A program made the position numbers and the translations under genes. A DNA stretch of 57,863 bases from an uncultured Candidatus Actinomarina sp. (GTDB lineage: Bacteria > Actinomycetota > Acidimicrobiia > Actinomarinales > Actinomarinaceae), in NCBI GenBank assembly GCA_902510055.1, contig CABWZY010000005.1, positions 1-57,863 on the forward strand, in the 5' to 3' direction. The notes beneath the pieces were generated by a model. The model was not told where the DNA came from. It worked only from the letters and a program-made list of their open reading frames with translations, and searched no databases. Shown piece after piece: positions 1-8,966 of this stretch (the stretch's first letter is position 1; each line of letters starts with the position of its first letter).

Positions 1-715
1 AATATTTTAATTTTGCATTTAAAGTAAAATTTACCAAAATCTTTATAGCTACAAAACCAGCAATGAATGAAACAATAGTCGGGATAATAATTTCAAGATT
101 AAAAGTATAAGAAGATTGAACAAAAGTAAGTAGCCAGGCACCGAATATTGTTGGTATCCCTAGAAGGAGGGAAAAATAAATTGCATCAGTTCTTTTTAAC
201 CCTAAATATAAAGCAACTATCAATGTTACTCCAGACCTTGATACTCCCGGAACTAAAGCTATAGCTTGGGCTAAACCAATATAGAGTGCATGCTGTGAGC
301 TTATATTTTCAAATAAGATCCTTCCATCTTCTTGATTCCTCTTAGTAAATTCATAAGATAACAAGAAAGAAGCAAATCCAAAATATGCTATTCCAGTAAT
401 TGTAAGTAAATTAGTACTAGTATCAATAACCTCTTGTATTGGTGAAAATAATCCAATCACTACTGCTGGAATAATGGCAATAAAAATTATTTTTATGGTG
501 TGGTTTAGTTTCTCTTTGCTAAAAAAAGTTTCAGATAATCTATTTCGATAAAACACAATTATTGAAAATAAAGTACCGATATGTAAAAAAGCTATATCAT
601 TAGTGTTTAGTTTTACTGAATCAGAGAGTGAAGAAAAAATAACCAGATGCCCACTTGATGAAATGGGAAGAAATTCAGTAATTCCTTGTATTATGCCAAT
701 TATTAGATCATTCAT
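1..715 (-). CDS. uppP: Undecaprenyl-diphosphate phosphatase (BacA/UppP); 3' end runs off the window
   Basis: Not in ORF track. Reverse translation from ATG at 715 gives MNDLIIGIIQGITEFLPISSSGHL and later GLAQAIALVPGVSRSGVT, both UppP signature motifs. Confidence 0.95.
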   Translation of the reverse strand, partial: MNDLIIGIIQGITEFLPISSSGHLVIFSSLSDSVKLNTNDIAFLHIGTLFSIIVFYRNRLSETFFSKEKLNHTIKIIFIAIIPAVVIGLFSPIQEVIDTSTNLLTITGIAYFGFASFLLSYEFTKRNQEDGRILFENISSQHALYIGLAQAIALVPGVSRSGVTLIVALYLGLKRTDAIYFSLLLGIPTIFGAWLLTFVQSSYTFNLEIIIPTIVSFIAGFVAIKILVNFTLNAKLKY

Positions 716-718
716 CTT

Positions 719-874
719 CTATTTAATACTAGCTAAGTGCCATCTGTTACATTTATTGCAATTATAAATGCTAAATTTCTTTTTATGCTCGGATTCAGCC
801 CATCCACGTTCTTTTCTTGCCTCAATTTCCGTATAAAAGGTTTTTTTCTCTTTGCAGCTATCTAAATTATTCAT
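719..874 (-). CDS. Small 51-aa putative zinc-binding protein
   Basis: Manually translated: MNNLDSCKEKKTFYTEIEARKERGWAESEHKKKFSIYNCNKCNRWHLASIK. C...CxxC..WH pattern; stop lies 3 nt before the uppP start. Confidence 0.7.
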   Translation of the reverse strand: MNNLDSCKEKKTFYTEIEARKERGWAESEHKKKFSIYNCNKCNRWHLASIK

Positions 875-944
875 TACTTACTTAACAATAAATTAAAAAA
901 TGGAATAAAAACTAATATTATTTTTTTAATTAAACTTTAAGCTT

Positions 945-1550
945 ATGAACGTTGCATTAATTTTGATAAGTTATTTAATAGGCTCAATTAATTTTGCCTA
1001 CTTAATATCAAGATTTAAAGGCATGAATATTCAAGATTTAGGCAGTGGAAACCCAGGTTCTTCAAATGTTTTACGAACTATGGGTAAGAAATATGCAATA
1101 GTAGTCCTATTTGGTGACATGTTAAAAGGTTTTATACCTGTAATTATCGGATTGAATTATGACTATTCTCTGATACTGGGTTTTGTTGCTGTTATTGGGC
1201 ATTGTTTTCCTATTTTTTATAAATTTAGAGGAGGAAAAGGTGTAGCTACCTATTTAGGTGTTTATATAGCATTTATTTTCAACCATCCTTCTGCTTTCAA
1301 TCTAGATATTCCATTTTTTGAAGTTAATTTAGTCCTTTTCTTCATTATTTTTTACTTTGGATTAATGAAAATTTTTAGAGTCTCTGCACTTGCGAGTTTA
1401 ACTACAATATCATTGGCTGGTTTTACAGTAATTTATTCAATAACTGATTCATTTACAATAATGTATCAGGTATTTATTATCATTCTAATTTTCTATCAAC
1501 ATCGAGAAAATCTTCAAAGACTATTTAAAGGTGAAGAAAATAAATTTTGA
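945..1550 (+). CDS. plsY: Glycerol-3-phosphate acyltransferase PlsY
   Basis: YLIGSI, GSGNPGSSNVLR, GHCFPIF, FRGGKGVAT, HRENLQRL motifs. Confidence 0.95.
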   Translation: MNVALILISYLIGSINFAYLISRFKGMNIQDLGSGNPGSSNVLRTMGKKYAIVVLFGDMLKGFIPVIIGLNYDYSLILGFVAVIGHCFPIFYKFRGGKGVATYLGVYIAFIFNHPSAFNLDIPFFEVNLVLFFIIFYFGLMKIFRVSALASLTTISLAGFTVIYSITDSFTIMYQVFIIILIFYQHRENLQRLFKGEENKF

Positions 1551-1610
1551 ATTGAAAGATAATCTTTTAAAAGTAATGTAAAATTATTTTAATTAAGTTG
1601 GGGCAGGGCA

Positions 1611-1988
1611 ATGAGTTCAACATTAGTTTTAATAGCTTTATTAGCATCATTATCGATGGCAGTTATTCTGCCAGAAATGCAGATTTCCAAGAGCAATAAT
1701 TCTACTAATTATTCACTTACTCCTGAGTATGATTTCATGGTAAACAAACAACGAAGAGCATATTTAATGATTGGGTTATTTGCTGTAACTACATTTTTTG
1801 TTTCACTCCAGACAATGAGCATAGGTCTCTTTGTTATCCATTTAATTACAGACTGTGTTTTTGGAATCTACGCATTTATTTCTTTTCAAGTGAGAAGGTC
1901 AACTCAACTTCAGAATTCATTAAATACATTTAATGACAATGTTCAAGTTGAATATGGCAATGAGGAATATCTCAAAGAAGCAGTTTAA
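1611..1988 (+). CDS. Membrane protein, possibly a minimal SepX/GlpR-like protein
   Basis: N-terminal TM helix, then KQRR + TM hairpin + HLITD..Y..QVRR, resembling the actinobacterial GlpR/SepX layout; family call tentative. Confidence 0.5.
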   Translation: MSSTLVLIALLASLSMAVILPEMQISKSNNSTNYSLTPEYDFMVNKQRRAYLMIGLFAVTTFFVSLQTMSIGLFVIHLITDCVFGIYAFISFQVRRSTQLQNSLNTFNDNVQVEYGNEEYLKEAV

Positions 1989-1990
1989 CT

Positions 1991-2611
1991 TTGAAACCAG
2001 TTGAATCAATTACTAAAAGTCTGGCTAGAGAATTTGATAAGCTAAACAAGATAAGAGAAGACTCTCTAAGATTATCACGAGAAATTATTCGAGCTTGTTC
2101 AAAAAGTATAAGAAATGTTCATAGAAATGAATTAAAAGATGCGAAAACTTTTTTAAAAGAGGCAGAGAAAAAAAATACGCAGCTAAAAAACAGCTTAAAG
2201 AGCTCACCAGAGTTAAGGTTTGCTGGATATATTGTTGAAGCTGAAAAGGAACTGGTCGAGGCTTCATTGGTTTATGAATATGAATTAAATGGTGAGATTC
2301 TTAAATATAACTCAATGAATGTATCAGCATCAAGCTATATACAGGGCATAGGAGATGCAATTGGAGAGTGGAGAAGAAAAGCCTTAGATCATTTAAGAAA
2401 ATTAGATATTGAAACTGGAGAAAAGTATCTAAAAGTTATGGAATCAGGGATGGATATATTAAATGAACTTGATTATCCAGATGCCTTAACAGGAGGTTTA
2501 AGAAGATATGCAGATAATGCAAGAGCATTAATTGAGAGAACCCGTTCTGATATTACAAATGCTGTTGTTAATGATTCATTAAGAAGAGATTTATCTAAGA
2601 TAGATAAATGA
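1991..2611 (+). CDS. Translin/TRAX family (COG2178) RNA-binding protein or nuclease
   Basis: RE..LRLSREIIR..S..I..VH, ELVEA and YIQGIGDAIGEWRR match translin/TRAX motifs; TTG start. Confidence 0.8.
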   Translation: MKPVESITKSLAREFDKLNKIREDSLRLSREIIRACSKSIRNVHRNELKDAKTFLKEAEKKNTQLKNSLKSSPELRFAGYIVEAEKELVEASLVYEYELNGEILKYNSMNVSASSYIQGIGDAIGEWRRKALDHLRKLDIETGEKYLKVMESGMDILNELDYPDALTGGLRRYADNARALIERTRSDITNAVVNDSLRRDLSKIDK

Positions 2612-3111
2612 ATTATAAATTTATAACCGGGGAAGTTTTACCTCTCCCAGAAAACACATCTTGGGCTGACGGTACAAAATTACAAGATATATATCCAAAC
2701 TCTTCTTTTGTAAGTGGAACAGAAAATCCTGAAGGAATGAAAATCCATCCAGTGGTCAAAGATAATATGGTTCACATTAAATATACATTTGAAGAAAGAT
2801 TTGCTGGGGGACCTGGTTTAGTTCATGGAGGTATTCTTGCAGCCGCAATAGATGACCTCATGGGTTATGCAACTGTAATACATAATCATATGTGTGTAAC
2901 AGCAAATTTATCTGTTAATTATATTTCACCAGTTCCTGTTGAAGAAGAGTTCGAAATATACGCTTGGGTAACAAAACTTGATGGAAAAAAAGTTTCAACA
3001 GAGTCAATAATAAAATCAGGTGACAAGATTCATGTTGAGTCGAGCGCTTTATTTATAGAAATTCTAGAAGAAGTAGAAGAAATATTTAAGATAGATAAAA
3101 ACTATCCGTAA
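2608..3111 (+). CDS. PaaI-family (hotdog) thioesterase
   Basis: GGPGLVHGGILAAAIDD, TANLSVNYISPVP. Confidence 0.9.
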   Translation: MNYKFITGEVLPLPENTSWADGTKLQDIYPNSSFVSGTENPEGMKIHPVVKDNMVHIKYTFEERFAGGPGLVHGGILAAAIDDLMGYATVIHNHMCVTANLSVNYISPVPVEEEFEIYAWVTKLDGKKVSTESIIKSGDKIHVESSALFIEILEEVEEIFKIDKNYP

Positions 3112-3112
3112 G

Positions 3113-4954
3113 TTATATCTTTGCTGTAAGGAAATGACTCATTGACTGGATGCTAATCATAGGATTGACTCCAGAACATCTTGGAAAAACGGATGAATCT
3201 GTAATATAAACATTTTCTAACCCATGGACTTTTCCGTCAAGATCAACAACCCCTTCACTCGGGTTAGGATTCATTCTTGCTGTTCCCATTTGGTGTGCAG
3301 AGCCAAGTAATATTCTGAATGGTTGATTCTTTATTGAAGTCACTTTATTGATAAATTCTTCAATTGTTTCTTTTGAATCTTGTTTCCAATGAAGCGTTGG
3401 TGAAGAAGCCACCATAATTTCAGTAGCACCAGATGAGTGATATGCTTTAACAAGATTTACTAATCCTTCTACAAGGTGATCGTGGTCAAATTTATTGAAA
3501 TCATATTTCCATAAATGTTGAGGTGATTTATTTACTATGGAACCACTACTTGTATCTGACGTTAAAACTATTGCTGCAGACCAGTAGTTGTAATCTTTTA
3601 CAAAGCTTGCAAAGGAGTCAGTATTATTTGGAAAAAATGGAAAAAATAAACTTGGATGCATTGGGAGTCCTTCAAGAATATATCCGTAATTATCATTTTT
3701 GAACAAAAACTCATCAGAATAAATTCCCTGCATGCTTCCATCCCATGCCTTTTGCTCTTCACCATATTTTCCAGCAACTCCAGATACAGGATGGAGTTTT
3801 AGGTTCTTTCCTAACTGTTTATTTGAATACCCACTATCCATTAATATTTTTGGCGTATTTAATGCTCCAGCAGACAAAATAACCTTATTTACAGCTATTT
3901 TCTTAGTATTTGAACCATTCTCAACCTCTATATGAGTAGCTCTTTTATTGCTTATAACTAACCTTTTAATGTTCGTATCACTGTATATATTTTTTGGATC
4001 AAAAGTATCCTCTGAAAACCATGATGTATATGATGAGTTTCTGCTTTCATAACCAGAACCAAACGTAGAAAATCCATCTTCTAAATGATCTAAGTTGCTT
4101 AAGTTTCTTGGAATAATTTTATACCCTATATCATTTTTTTCTAATCCCTCTATGAGCTTTACTTCTTTATGCGGTATCTTATTATTTTCTTCACTTACAT
4201 TTAATTTTTTACAAACGTAATCCATACTGTTCTTAAATGTTTCTGAATTAAAGTACTTATCTTGATTGGTTAGCGAATCCCATTCATTTAAAATATTGTC
4301 TGGAGTTTTTAAAGAGGTTGTCCAGTTTATAGTTGTTCCTCCACCTACACTTTTTCCAGCTAATAGAAGAACATTAAATTTTCTCGTTTGTTGCATGCCG
4401 TAGCTTTCATAAAAATTGTGATAACCAAACGTTTCGTTATTTGTTTCTTTATTTAAGTAACTCCCTTTATCAAATATTCCAACTTCATATTTTTCACTAA
4501 GGACGTTAGCAGCCACACCGCCTCCAGCACCGCTTCCAATAACAGCAACTTCAATGCTTTCAGGAAATTCATTACTCTTTTTTTCTATTTGTCCATTTTT
4601 GTGAACAGGGTATTCAAAATGTTTATAGAGATTTCCCTCTCCAGTAAGTGACCTTGCGTTACATATTCCAAACAATGTTGAGATAGATGTTCCAAGTTGT
4701 CTTAAGAGCATTAATGATGAATTTTGTAAGTTATTTATAAAGGAAGGAATGTTTTTATCTTTAATTAAGAACTTTCTAATCCCAAATGAGAAAGTGAAGA
4801 AGAATAGTTTTAACTGGTTAATCTCACTTTTATCTGGATAATTTTTTAATATAAAGAAAAAATACTCTTCAGCGTTTTCTCTTTCTGCATCATCAAAATT
4901 TGGATATAAACTTGAGAAAATTTTTTTAAAGCTTTTACTAATTCTTGTATCCAT
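3113..4954 (-). CDS. GMC-family FAD oxidoreductase (long-chain alcohol oxidase-like)
   Basis: IGSGAGGG, GGGTTINW, SAGALNTPKIL, SAHQMGTARM, DSSVFP..SGVNP. Confidence 0.9.
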   Translation of the reverse strand: MDTRISKSFKKIFSSLYPNFDDAERENAEEYFFFILKNYPDKSEINQLKLFFFTFSFGIRKFLIKDKNIPSFINNLQNSSLMLLRQLGTSISTLFGICNARSLTGEGNLYKHFEYPVHKNGQIEKKSNEFPESIEVAVIGSGAGGGVAANVLSEKYEVGIFDKGSYLNKETNNETFGYHNFYESYGMQQTRKFNVLLLAGKSVGGGTTINWTTSLKTPDNILNEWDSLTNQDKYFNSETFKNSMDYVCKKLNVSEENNKIPHKEVKLIEGLEKNDIGYKIIPRNLSNLDHLEDGFSTFGSGYESRNSSYTSWFSEDTFDPKNIYSDTNIKRLVISNKRATHIEVENGSNTKKIAVNKVILSAGALNTPKILMDSGYSNKQLGKNLKLHPVSGVAGKYGEEQKAWDGSMQGIYSDEFLFKNDNYGYILEGLPMHPSLFFPFFPNNTDSFASFVKDYNYWSAAIVLTSDTSSGSIVNKSPQHLWKYDFNKFDHDHLVEGLVNLVKAYHSSGATEIMVASSPTLHWKQDSKETIEEFINKVTSIKNQPFRILLGSAHQMGTARMNPNPSEGVVDLDGKVHGLENVYITDSSVFPRCSGVNPMISIQSMSHFLTAKI

Positions 4955-5138
4955 AGTTTTATGATAGCTAGGGAAATCTTAGAAAGCCTGTAACTATTAG
5001 CCCTTTTCGTAGTCTAAGTAGTGTGACCAAAAAAGATAATTATATCTTTTAACTCAATCATCATAATTTGAAAATACTTTGTATGAATTATTGAGCTCGG
5101 TAACATTCAAAATCCAAACAATATATGGGAGAAGATTA

Positions 5139-5363
5139 ATGTACAAAATTAATACTATTTATCCACGATTTGAAAACAAAAAGTTATCAGAATTTTGGTT
5201 TGAACTTTGGCTAGTAAGAAAAAAAATTGTCTTCTGGCTTATTTATGTTCCAATTATTGTAATAATTACTTTTTATTACAACACAAAAAAAAGTCTTGGT
5301 CTACACGATCCAAAAAAAATACCATTTTGGTTAAAAAACATTACTAAGAAGGATGAGGAGTAA
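5139..5363 (+). CDS. Hypothetical small membrane protein
   Basis: One TM segment (IVFWLIYVPIIVIITFYY). ATG at 5139 follows GGGAGAAG and is preferred over the track's TTG at 5079. Confidence 0.55.
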   Translation: MYKINTIYPRFENKKLSEFWFELWLVRKKIVFWLIYVPIIVIITFYYNTKKSLGLHDPKKIPFWLKNITKKDEE

Positions 5364-5366
5364 ATT

Positions 5367-5555
5367 ATGAACGATCTATCAGAAGTTAATGAAGTGGCTT
5401 TATTGCAAGCACTATTAACAAGAAAAACAGAGAATGGTCATCCATTATTTAAAGAAGCTTCAATAACTAATAAAGATGGAAAAGTACAACTTTTAGGCAT
5501 TATTGCCAATATTGAAATGACTCTTACACCTAAAGAAGAAGGATCAGTCGCATGA
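5367..5555 (+). CDS. Hypothetical protein (62 aa)
   Basis: GAGGAG SD upstream; directly follows the previous ORF. Confidence 0.6.
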   Translation: MNDLSEVNEVALLQALLTRKTENGHPLFKEASITNKDGKVQLLGIIANIEMTLTPKEEGSVA

Positions 5556-5759
5556 GGTTTCTTCCAGTTTTTTAGGCAATTTTTGATTTATGTAAGATGA
5601 GATTTTAAATTCGTCACAAAATAGATACATAGATTTTAGCAATAAGCCTTGTAAAACAGTTCCTTTTAAGTAATTAGAGAATTAGTTTTGTGACTCAATA
5701 AGGACTAATTTTATGAAAATATTTAAACGCACTTATAAATTTCTTTATAAGATATTTAT

Positions 5760-6602
5760 ATGTCAAGTTTTGTTTGTTGGGTGTCAGCAAGTTCAATAGA
5801 AAATTATGATCTTTGTGTAGAGACAGAGCAATGGGGAATTGGAAAATCTTCAGGTGTTGCAAATAGTCATGCTAAAAAAATAAAAAAAGGTGATAAATTA
5901 TATATTTGGGTTGGAGGAAAAGGTTATGTTGGAGTTGCTGAAGTAAATTCAGATGGTCCTGTAGAAGTTACTAAAGAAACAAAAGTTCCCTGGGAAGGAG
6001 AATATTCTTATACGATTCCTTGGAAGTTAATAAAAGAACTAGAAAATCCTATATATCTTGAGTTCCCCAGAAAGGATGGGCAAGTCCAAATTATCACAGG
6101 AATACCTCAAGGGGTTACGATTAGTGGATTTTTTGAAATAAATAAAAATCAAACATCTGCATTGGAGAAGCTATTTGAAATAAGGAATGAAGAAGAAACG
6201 AGGAAAAGTACTGATTCTGGTTCAGGTAAAGATGTCTCTCCAGCAGAAGCTAGGCTTACCCTATCAGAAACACTTGTAAGTGATCAGAGGGTTGTAAAGT
6301 GGATTAAAGATTTATATCAAGGAACTTGTCAGTTCTGTAATAATTTACTCACTACTCCTAAAGGTAATTATTCTGAAGCAGCTCATATAAAAGCTAAAAG
6401 AGATGAGGGAGACGACCATGAAGAGAATGTACTCTCACTTTGCCCCAATTGTCACAAACAATTTGACAAGGGAGCATTATGGTTAACTGATGACTTGGAA
6501 ATTATACATTTTGAAAAAGGCGAAATTGGTTCTTTAAACTTAGACGAGAATCATAAATTAAATTTAGATAACATAAAGTTTCACAGAGAAAAATTTAATT
6601 AA
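5760..6602 (+). CDS. EVE-domain + HNH endonuclease (putative modification-dependent, type IV restriction enzyme)
   Basis: N-terminal EVE/PUA-like (ENYDLC...WG...IKKGDKLYIW..G..EV...Y.Y.I); C-terminal CQFC...EAAHIK...ENVLSLCPNCHKQFD. Confidence 0.8.
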   Translation: MSSFVCWVSASSIENYDLCVETEQWGIGKSSGVANSHAKKIKKGDKLYIWVGGKGYVGVAEVNSDGPVEVTKETKVPWEGEYSYTIPWKLIKELENPIYLEFPRKDGQVQIITGIPQGVTISGFFEINKNQTSALEKLFEIRNEEETRKSTDSGSGKDVSPAEARLTLSETLVSDQRVVKWIKDLYQGTCQFCNNLLTTPKGNYSEAAHIKAKRDEGDDHEENVLSLCPNCHKQFDKGALWLTDDLEIIHFEKGEIGSLNLDENHKLNLDNIKFHREKFN

Positions 6603-6615
6603 CACACACAAGATA

Positions 6616-7386
6616 TCACTTGTTTTGATTTTCCTCAAAAGATATTTCTGATAAATCATACTTATCAAAAGTATCAAATATATTTATTAAATCTTTTCTA
6701 AACGCTCTAAAGCTTGTTTGTCTTAAATTTTTCTTATGCTTAAACAATATATCAATAGAGATGTAGTTATTGATTATGCTATTAATAATTGATTTAGAAT
6801 CATATTTAACATAGGTAACTTCTTTCATCCAAAATCTTTCTTTACCGTCATGATCATGCTCAATATCACAGTAGATAAAAGCACCTTCTTTAAATTTTGT
6901 TGATAATTTATCTTCTAAAATATTGATATTCCAAGACAAATATGCTTTACCTTTACTATCGCAAAGCTCAATTAAGCTATTGTCATCAGATATATCTAAA
7001 TATAAACCTTGCGCATTAGGATTTCTGTATTTGACAGTATTATTTTTAAATTCACTAGTTTTACAAACATCTTCATACCACTCATAAAATAATTTATTTG
7101 TATCGCCCCTAATCCATTTTTCTTGCTTGAAGAAATGTGGATTTTGAGCAAACAATGTAATAAGTGATTTACTAATTAAGTTATGACTTTTTAATTCTAT
7201 TCCTCGGTAATCAGGAGTCTGATTATTATTCATTTCTACTTCACATAGTTTTTCTACGGTTCTTCCTATATGTGTATTAGCTGTAGGTGGGCATTCTCCT
7301 GTAATCACATTCCCATAACAAGGAACAAAACCTTTATAGTGAAAAAAAGCTAGTTTTTTTAATAAATCATCTTTAAAAATATCCAC
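6616..7386 (-). CDS. MvaI/BcnI-family restriction endonuclease
   Basis: IGRTVE.L....NN...PDY.GIELKS.....LITLF family motif; lies downstream of a methyltransferase. Confidence 0.8.
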   Translation of the reverse strand: MDIFKDDLLKKLAFFHYKGFVPCYGNVITGECPPTANTHIGRTVEKLCEVEMNNNQTPDYRGIELKSHNLISKSLITLFAQNPHFFKQEKWIRGDTNKLFYEWYEDVCKTSEFKNNTVKYRNPNAQGLYLDISDDNSLIELCDSKGKAYLSWNINILEDKLSTKFKEGAFIYCDIEHDHDGKERFWMKEVTYVKYDSKSIINSIINNYISIDILFKHKKNLRQTSFRAFRKDLINIFDTFDKYDLSEISFEENQNK

Positions 7387-7410
7387 ATAATCATATTGGT
7401 GGTTAAGAAG

Positions 7411-8658
7411 TTAATCTTCAACTATATTAAGAAAATGTTTCCCTATTTTGTTAGCTAACCCAACAGGTACAGCATTCCCTATTTGAGTGTATTTTGGTAA
7501 TTCTCTATCAAAATTATTTTCTCTTGGGTTTCCCGCTCTTCTAGATCCTCCTGTAGTTTTCTTACCATAGAACCTATACCAATCAGGGAACATTTGAAGC
7601 CTTGCCCATTCACGAACTGTTAAAATTCTTGGTTGTGAATAGTGGACATAATCATCAGGTAAGGAGGTTGCAGTAATGTTAGGTCCATCTTCTCCCCATT
7701 TTTTAGGAATTAATCTTTGCGCAAACTTTTTAGTTTTTAAATGACTAGGGATTTTTCCCTCATTTTTAATCATGTAATTAAATTTTTCAATTACCTTTTT
7801 ATTATGATTTGCATATTCTTGATCAGTTAAAATATCTCCCTTTTCAAGTTTTTTTCTACCATTTTTCCGCATTATTTTTTGATAATCACTTCTTGGAGGT
7901 TTTAAATAGTTATTAGTGCTGTAAGTTTTTGTATAGTTTGGATCTATCAAATCAGAAAGTATATCAACTGGATCAGGAGGTGTTCCAGATGGATCTGGCA
8001 AAAAACCATCAGCTGTTTTTGATTTTTTTAAGTTGAATTTTATATCATTACGAAGACCTACTAAAAGAACTCTCGGTCTGTTTTGAGGAACTCCATAATC
8101 TTTTGCTTTTACCAATGACCAACTAGTGTCATAATTTTTTAAAGCATCAAAAGTTTTTCTAACATCATCCCAAATTTCACCTTTATCACCATCTGTATTC
8201 CATCTAGCTGAGAGTAAGCCTCTTACATTTTCAAATAGAAAAATTTTAGGATTTAATCTATTTATTAAATATGCCATATCCTGATATAAGAAATTTGATG
8301 GGATCTGTTCTTTATTAACTGAATAAGTTCTCCTATGACCTATTCCAGAATAACCCTGGCAAGGAGGGCCGCCAGCTAATAATGTTAGGTCTCCTGAATT
8401 GACATCTATGTTATAGGTAGTTTTAAAGTCATTAATAAGAGTATTGAGATATTTTTTGTTTGATATCATTGCTTTTACGTCATTAGAGTTAAACCTTTCC
8501 CTTAAGTAAGGATTTTTTTTATCTCTATTTATTAAATAGGACTCAAGGGCGTCATTGTTTAATTCATTTACATATATAGATTCAAACCCTGCATCTTCTA
8601 AACCAAGTGATAGGCCTCCACATCCGGCAAAAAGATCAATGGCTGTATATTTTTTCAT
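7411..8658 (-). CDS. DNA (cytosine-5)-methyltransferase
   Basis: Motif I DLFAGCGG, IV GGPPCQGYS, VI FENVRGL, VIII VPQNRPR, IX TVREWARLQ.FPD, X QIGNAVP. Confidence 0.95.
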   Translation of the reverse strand: MKKYTAIDLFAGCGGLSLGLEDAGFESIYVNELNNDALESYLINRDKKNPYLRERFNSNDVKAMISNKKYLNTLINDFKTTYNIDVNSGDLTLLAGGPPCQGYSGIGHRRTYSVNKEQIPSNFLYQDMAYLINRLNPKIFLFENVRGLLSARWNTDGDKGEIWDDVRKTFDALKNYDTSWSLVKAKDYGVPQNRPRVLLVGLRNDIKFNLKKSKTADGFLPDPSGTPPDPVDILSDLIDPNYTKTYSTNNYLKPPRSDYQKIMRKNGRKKLEKGDILTDQEYANHNKKVIEKFNYMIKNEGKIPSHLKTKKFAQRLIPKKWGEDGPNITATSLPDDYVHYSQPRILTVREWARLQMFPDWYRFYGKKTTGGSRRAGNPRENNFDRELPKYTQIGNAVPVGLANKIGKHFLNIVED

Positions 8659-8726
8659 TTAATAGTTATTTTAATTTATTATTTACAAAAAATCCAGGTC
8701 TTACAGTAATTAAATATTGTGACATC

Positions 8727-8966
8727 TTATTTAATAAATAATTCATGAAATAAAGAATATAAAGGATCTTTTTTATCATAAATCATATAAGCCCAATCTT
8801 TTTTATTATCTAATTGGAATTGTTTGTCTGCATCTTTTTTTAACATGCCATTGTCAATATTATGTAAGTATATTTCTTGAGCCTCAGAGATACCATCTTT
8901 ATCAATTAGATCCTTTAGTGCTTTTCTAATAATTTCTAGCTCATTATCTTTTAGTTCAATATTCAT
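8727..8966 (-). CDS. Hypothetical protein (79 aa)
   Basis: Overlaps the upstream gene by 11 nt; same orientation as the methylase. Confidence 0.55.
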   Translation of the reverse strand: MNIELKDNELEIIRKALKDLIDKDGISEAQEIYLHNIDNGMLKKDADKQFQLDNKKDWAYMIYDKKDPLYSLFHELFIK

